In this document: piece after piece, positions 6,659 to 8,280 of the stretch | Position numbering within the stretch: position 1 is the first letter of the stretch | Layout: the number at the start of each line of letters is the position of its first letter | From: an uncultured Nitrososphaerota archaeon | Lineage (GTDB): Archaea; Korarchaeota; Korarchaeia; Korarchaeales; Korarchaeaceae | Assembly: GCA_964480775.1 (NCBI GenBank) | Contig: CAYZRF010000041.1 | Location: 1 to 8,280, forward strand | DNA length: 8,280 bases | Direction: 5' to 3' | Made by a program: the position numbers and the translations under genes | The notes under the pieces: model-generated | Seen by the model: only the letters and a program-made list of their open reading frames with translations | Told to the model about the DNA's origin: nothing | The model's database searches: none

Positions 6659-7693
6659 GTGCAGATCTTGAAGTGTCTAGTTTATCGCGGTCGAATGGAT
6701 GTAAGAGTGGAAGAATGCTCGAGACCAGAGATAAACTCTAATGAGGTGTTAGTTAAGGTTCTTGCCTGTGGACTTTGCACGACAGATGTTAAAACAATAA
6801 GAAAGGGCCACAGATACATAAAGCCTCCTTGTGTTTTAGGACACGAGATAGCAGGAAAGATAGTTGAGATAGGGGAGGATGTGAAGGGATTTGAGGAGGG
6901 GGTTCTTGTAGTAGTGGCCCCCTACGTTCCTTGCGACTCCTGTTACTTCTGCTTAAAGGGCCAGTATTCCCTATGTAGTAGACTCTTTGAGCAATTCCCT
7001 AGACCAGGAGGCTTTGCAGAATTCGTTGCTGTACCAGAGAGAATTGTAAAGAAAGGCCTCATAAAGATGGATGGAGTTAAGCCAGAAGAAGCGTGCCTCA
7101 CAGAACCCCTCGCATGTTGCATTCATGGAGTGAGGAACCTAAACCTAAAGCCTCTAGATAACGTTCTTATCATCGGATCAGGTCCCATGGGTCTCATGCT
7201 CCTGCAGGTAGCCAAGCTCTTTGGTTCTTCCGAGGTTATTGTAAGCGATTTGCTGGATGAAAGGTTGGATGTTGCATCAAGGCTAGGAGCTGACATTACA
7301 CTTAACCCGGCGAAAGAAAAGGTTTCTACGCGAGTGAAAGATCTAACAGGAGGAAGAGGGATGGACAAGGTTATTGTAGCTGTCGGCTCTCCTGAAGCAA
7401 TTTCTCAAGGGATGTCATGCGTTAGGAAGGGCGGTACTGTTCTGTTATTTGGAGGTTTTCCTCCAGGAACCGTAATGGAAATAGATCCCAACTTCGTGCA
7501 CTACGATGAGGTAAATCTAGTTGGAAGCTTTGGTTTTAGTCCTTCTGACTTCTTCTCTGCTGCTCTCTTAATAAGAAGGGGGATTATGAGGTTTAAGGAG
7601 ATAATATCTGCGAAGGTGGGATTTGATCGCGTTTTAGAGGCGATTAAGCTAGTTTCAGAGGCAAAACGTTTGAAAGTGGTGGTTCTACCTTGA
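6659..7693 (+). CDS. Zn-dependent medium-chain dehydrogenase/reductase (threonine / sorbitol-polyol dehydrogenase-like), NAD-preferring
   Basis: 344 aa. Catalytic-Zn motifs are CGLCTTD, GHEIAG and TEPLACCIHG. The structural-Zn cluster is CDSCYFCLKGQYSLC. The Rossmann motif GSGPMG is followed by the acidic VIVSD. The N-terminus (Q)ILKCLVYRGRMDVRVEE aligns with the usual mkAlv--g-g-l-leE, supporting GTG 6659 over the internal ATG 6695. Confidence 0.9.
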   Translation: MQILKCLVYRGRMDVRVEECSRPEINSNEVLVKVLACGLCTTDVKTIRKGHRYIKPPCVLGHEIAGKIVEIGEDVKGFEEGVLVVVAPYVPCDSCYFCLKGQYSLCSRLFEQFPRPGGFAEFVAVPERIVKKGLIKMDGVKPEEACLTEPLACCIHGVRNLNLKPLDNVLIIGSGPMGLMLLQVAKLFGSSEVIVSDLLDERLDVASRLGADITLNPAKEKVSTRVKDLTGGRGMDKVIVAVGSPEAISQGMSCVRKGGTVLLFGGFPPGTVMEIDPNFVHYDEVNLVGSFGFSPSDFFSAALLIRRGIMRFKEIISAKVGFDRVLEAIKLVSEAKRLKVVVLP

Positions 7694-8280
7694 CTTGCGT
7701 TATAGCAGCGGACATAGGAACCAGCGGATGTAAGCTAGCCTTAGTAGATCCATACGGAAGGGTAACCGCAAAAACTGCAGTTAGATACGAAGTTATACGT
7801 CCTAACTCGATTTGCGCTGAGCAAAACCCTCATACCTGGTGGGAAGCCTTTAAAGAGGGGCTCTCCACGTTAATAGCGTCAAAAGATTCGGATGAAATAG
7901 TAGCTGTAGGGATCTCTGGCCAGTCTCCGGTTATTTTACCCGTTGACTCGAGAGGGTACGTTCTCCATAATGCTCTTCTCTGGATGGACAGAAGAGCTGT
8001 TTCACAGGCCAAGAAACTTGCCGAGATCTTCGGCATTAGAGAGGATCCATCTAATGCCTTGGCTAAGATCTTATGGTTTAGAGATGAGATGCCTCATTTA
8101 TTCGCTAAAACTTACAAGTTCCTTCAAGCTTCTGATTACATAGCATTTAGGCTTACTGGCACATTCGTCACGGACAAGTTCACAGCTATGACAGCTTTCT
8201 TCAATCCACATGAGTGGAAATGGCCGAAAGAAGTGGAAGACATGGGCATTATGGAGAAACTACCCGAAGTGGTAGAGCCG
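7690..8280 (+). CDS. FGGY-family carbohydrate kinase (xylulokinase/ribulokinase-like), N-terminal 197 codons; 3'-truncated by the window edge
   Basis: This ORF is not in the supplied track because it runs off the window. Frame +1 is open from 7648 to 8280. The only in-frame start candidate is TTG 7690, overlapping the ADH stop (TTGA). The translation is LTCVIAADIGTSGCKLALVDPYGRV...AEQNPHTWWEAF...VAVGISGQSPVILPVDSRGYVLHNALLWMDRRA...ILWFRDEMPHLF. These are FGGY N-domain motifs (D-GT-s-K, aEQdP--WW, GisgQ, -lW-D-R). Confidence 0.85.
   Translation, partial: MTCVIAADIGTSGCKLALVDPYGRVTAKTAVRYEVIRPNSICAEQNPHTWWEAFKEGLSTLIASKDSDEIVAVGISGQSPVILPVDSRGYVLHNALLWMDRRAVSQAKKLAEIFGIREDPSNALAKILWFRDEMPHLFAKTYKFLQASDYIAFRLTGTFVTDKFTAMTAFFNPHEWKWPKEVEDMGIMEKLPEVVEP

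Noticed and set aside
7123-8143. ORFs 7123-7368 (-), 7830-8036 (-) and 7943-8143 (+)
   Set aside because: The first is antisense to the ADH. The other two are antisense to, or out of frame with, the FGGY kinase reading frame (+1 from 7690), which has unmistakable FGGY motifs across the same bases.
1-8280. Search for CRISPR repeats, tRNA/rRNA, IS/transposase or integrase genes, toxin-antitoxin pairs or defence-system genes
   Set aside because: None found. There are no regularly spaced direct repeats and no cloverleaf-like segments in the intergenic regions. Every ORF over 100 aa in a sensible frame is accounted for by transport or metabolic families.

Overview
All intact genes are on the + strand, and the window looks archaeal. 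Evidence: A/T-rich TATA-like boxes about 25-35 nt upstream of start codons, little or no leader, GTG/TTG starts, oligo-T tracts after genes, and an AOR-family relic. Order of features: (1) A 5'-truncated, extremely Trp-rich membrane protein (1-552). (2) A dedicated ECF-type transporter energising module: a fused A-A' double ATPase (624-2363) and EcfT (2360-3202). (3) A ~1.06 kb apparently non-coding gap (3203-4259). Read by hand, it holds two decayed genes: a frameshifted, internally deleted DHOD/DPD-like flavoprotein with a 2x[4Fe-4S] tail (3422-4039), and a ~55-codon stub with an aldehyde:ferredoxin oxidoreductase N-terminus (4032-4199). (4) An SsnA-like deaminase-type amidohydrolase (4260-5594), followed 13 nt later by a PfkB sugar/nucleoside kinase (5608-6543). 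(5) A Zn-dependent MDR polyol/threonine-type dehydrogenase (6659-7693), whose stop overlaps the TTG start of a 3'-truncated FGGY (xylulokinase-like) kinase (7690-8280). I saw no tRNA, rRNA, CRISPR array, transposase or integrase, and no recognisable defence or toxin system. The best candidates for novelty are: the Trp-rich putative ECF S-component of no family I recognise; the asymmetric (one degenerate site) fused ECF ATPase; the SsnA-PfkB / ADH-FGGY module with no assigned pathway; and the decayed Fe-S flavoprotein/AOR operon between the two units. All family calls are from motif reading by eye, and no database search was possible.
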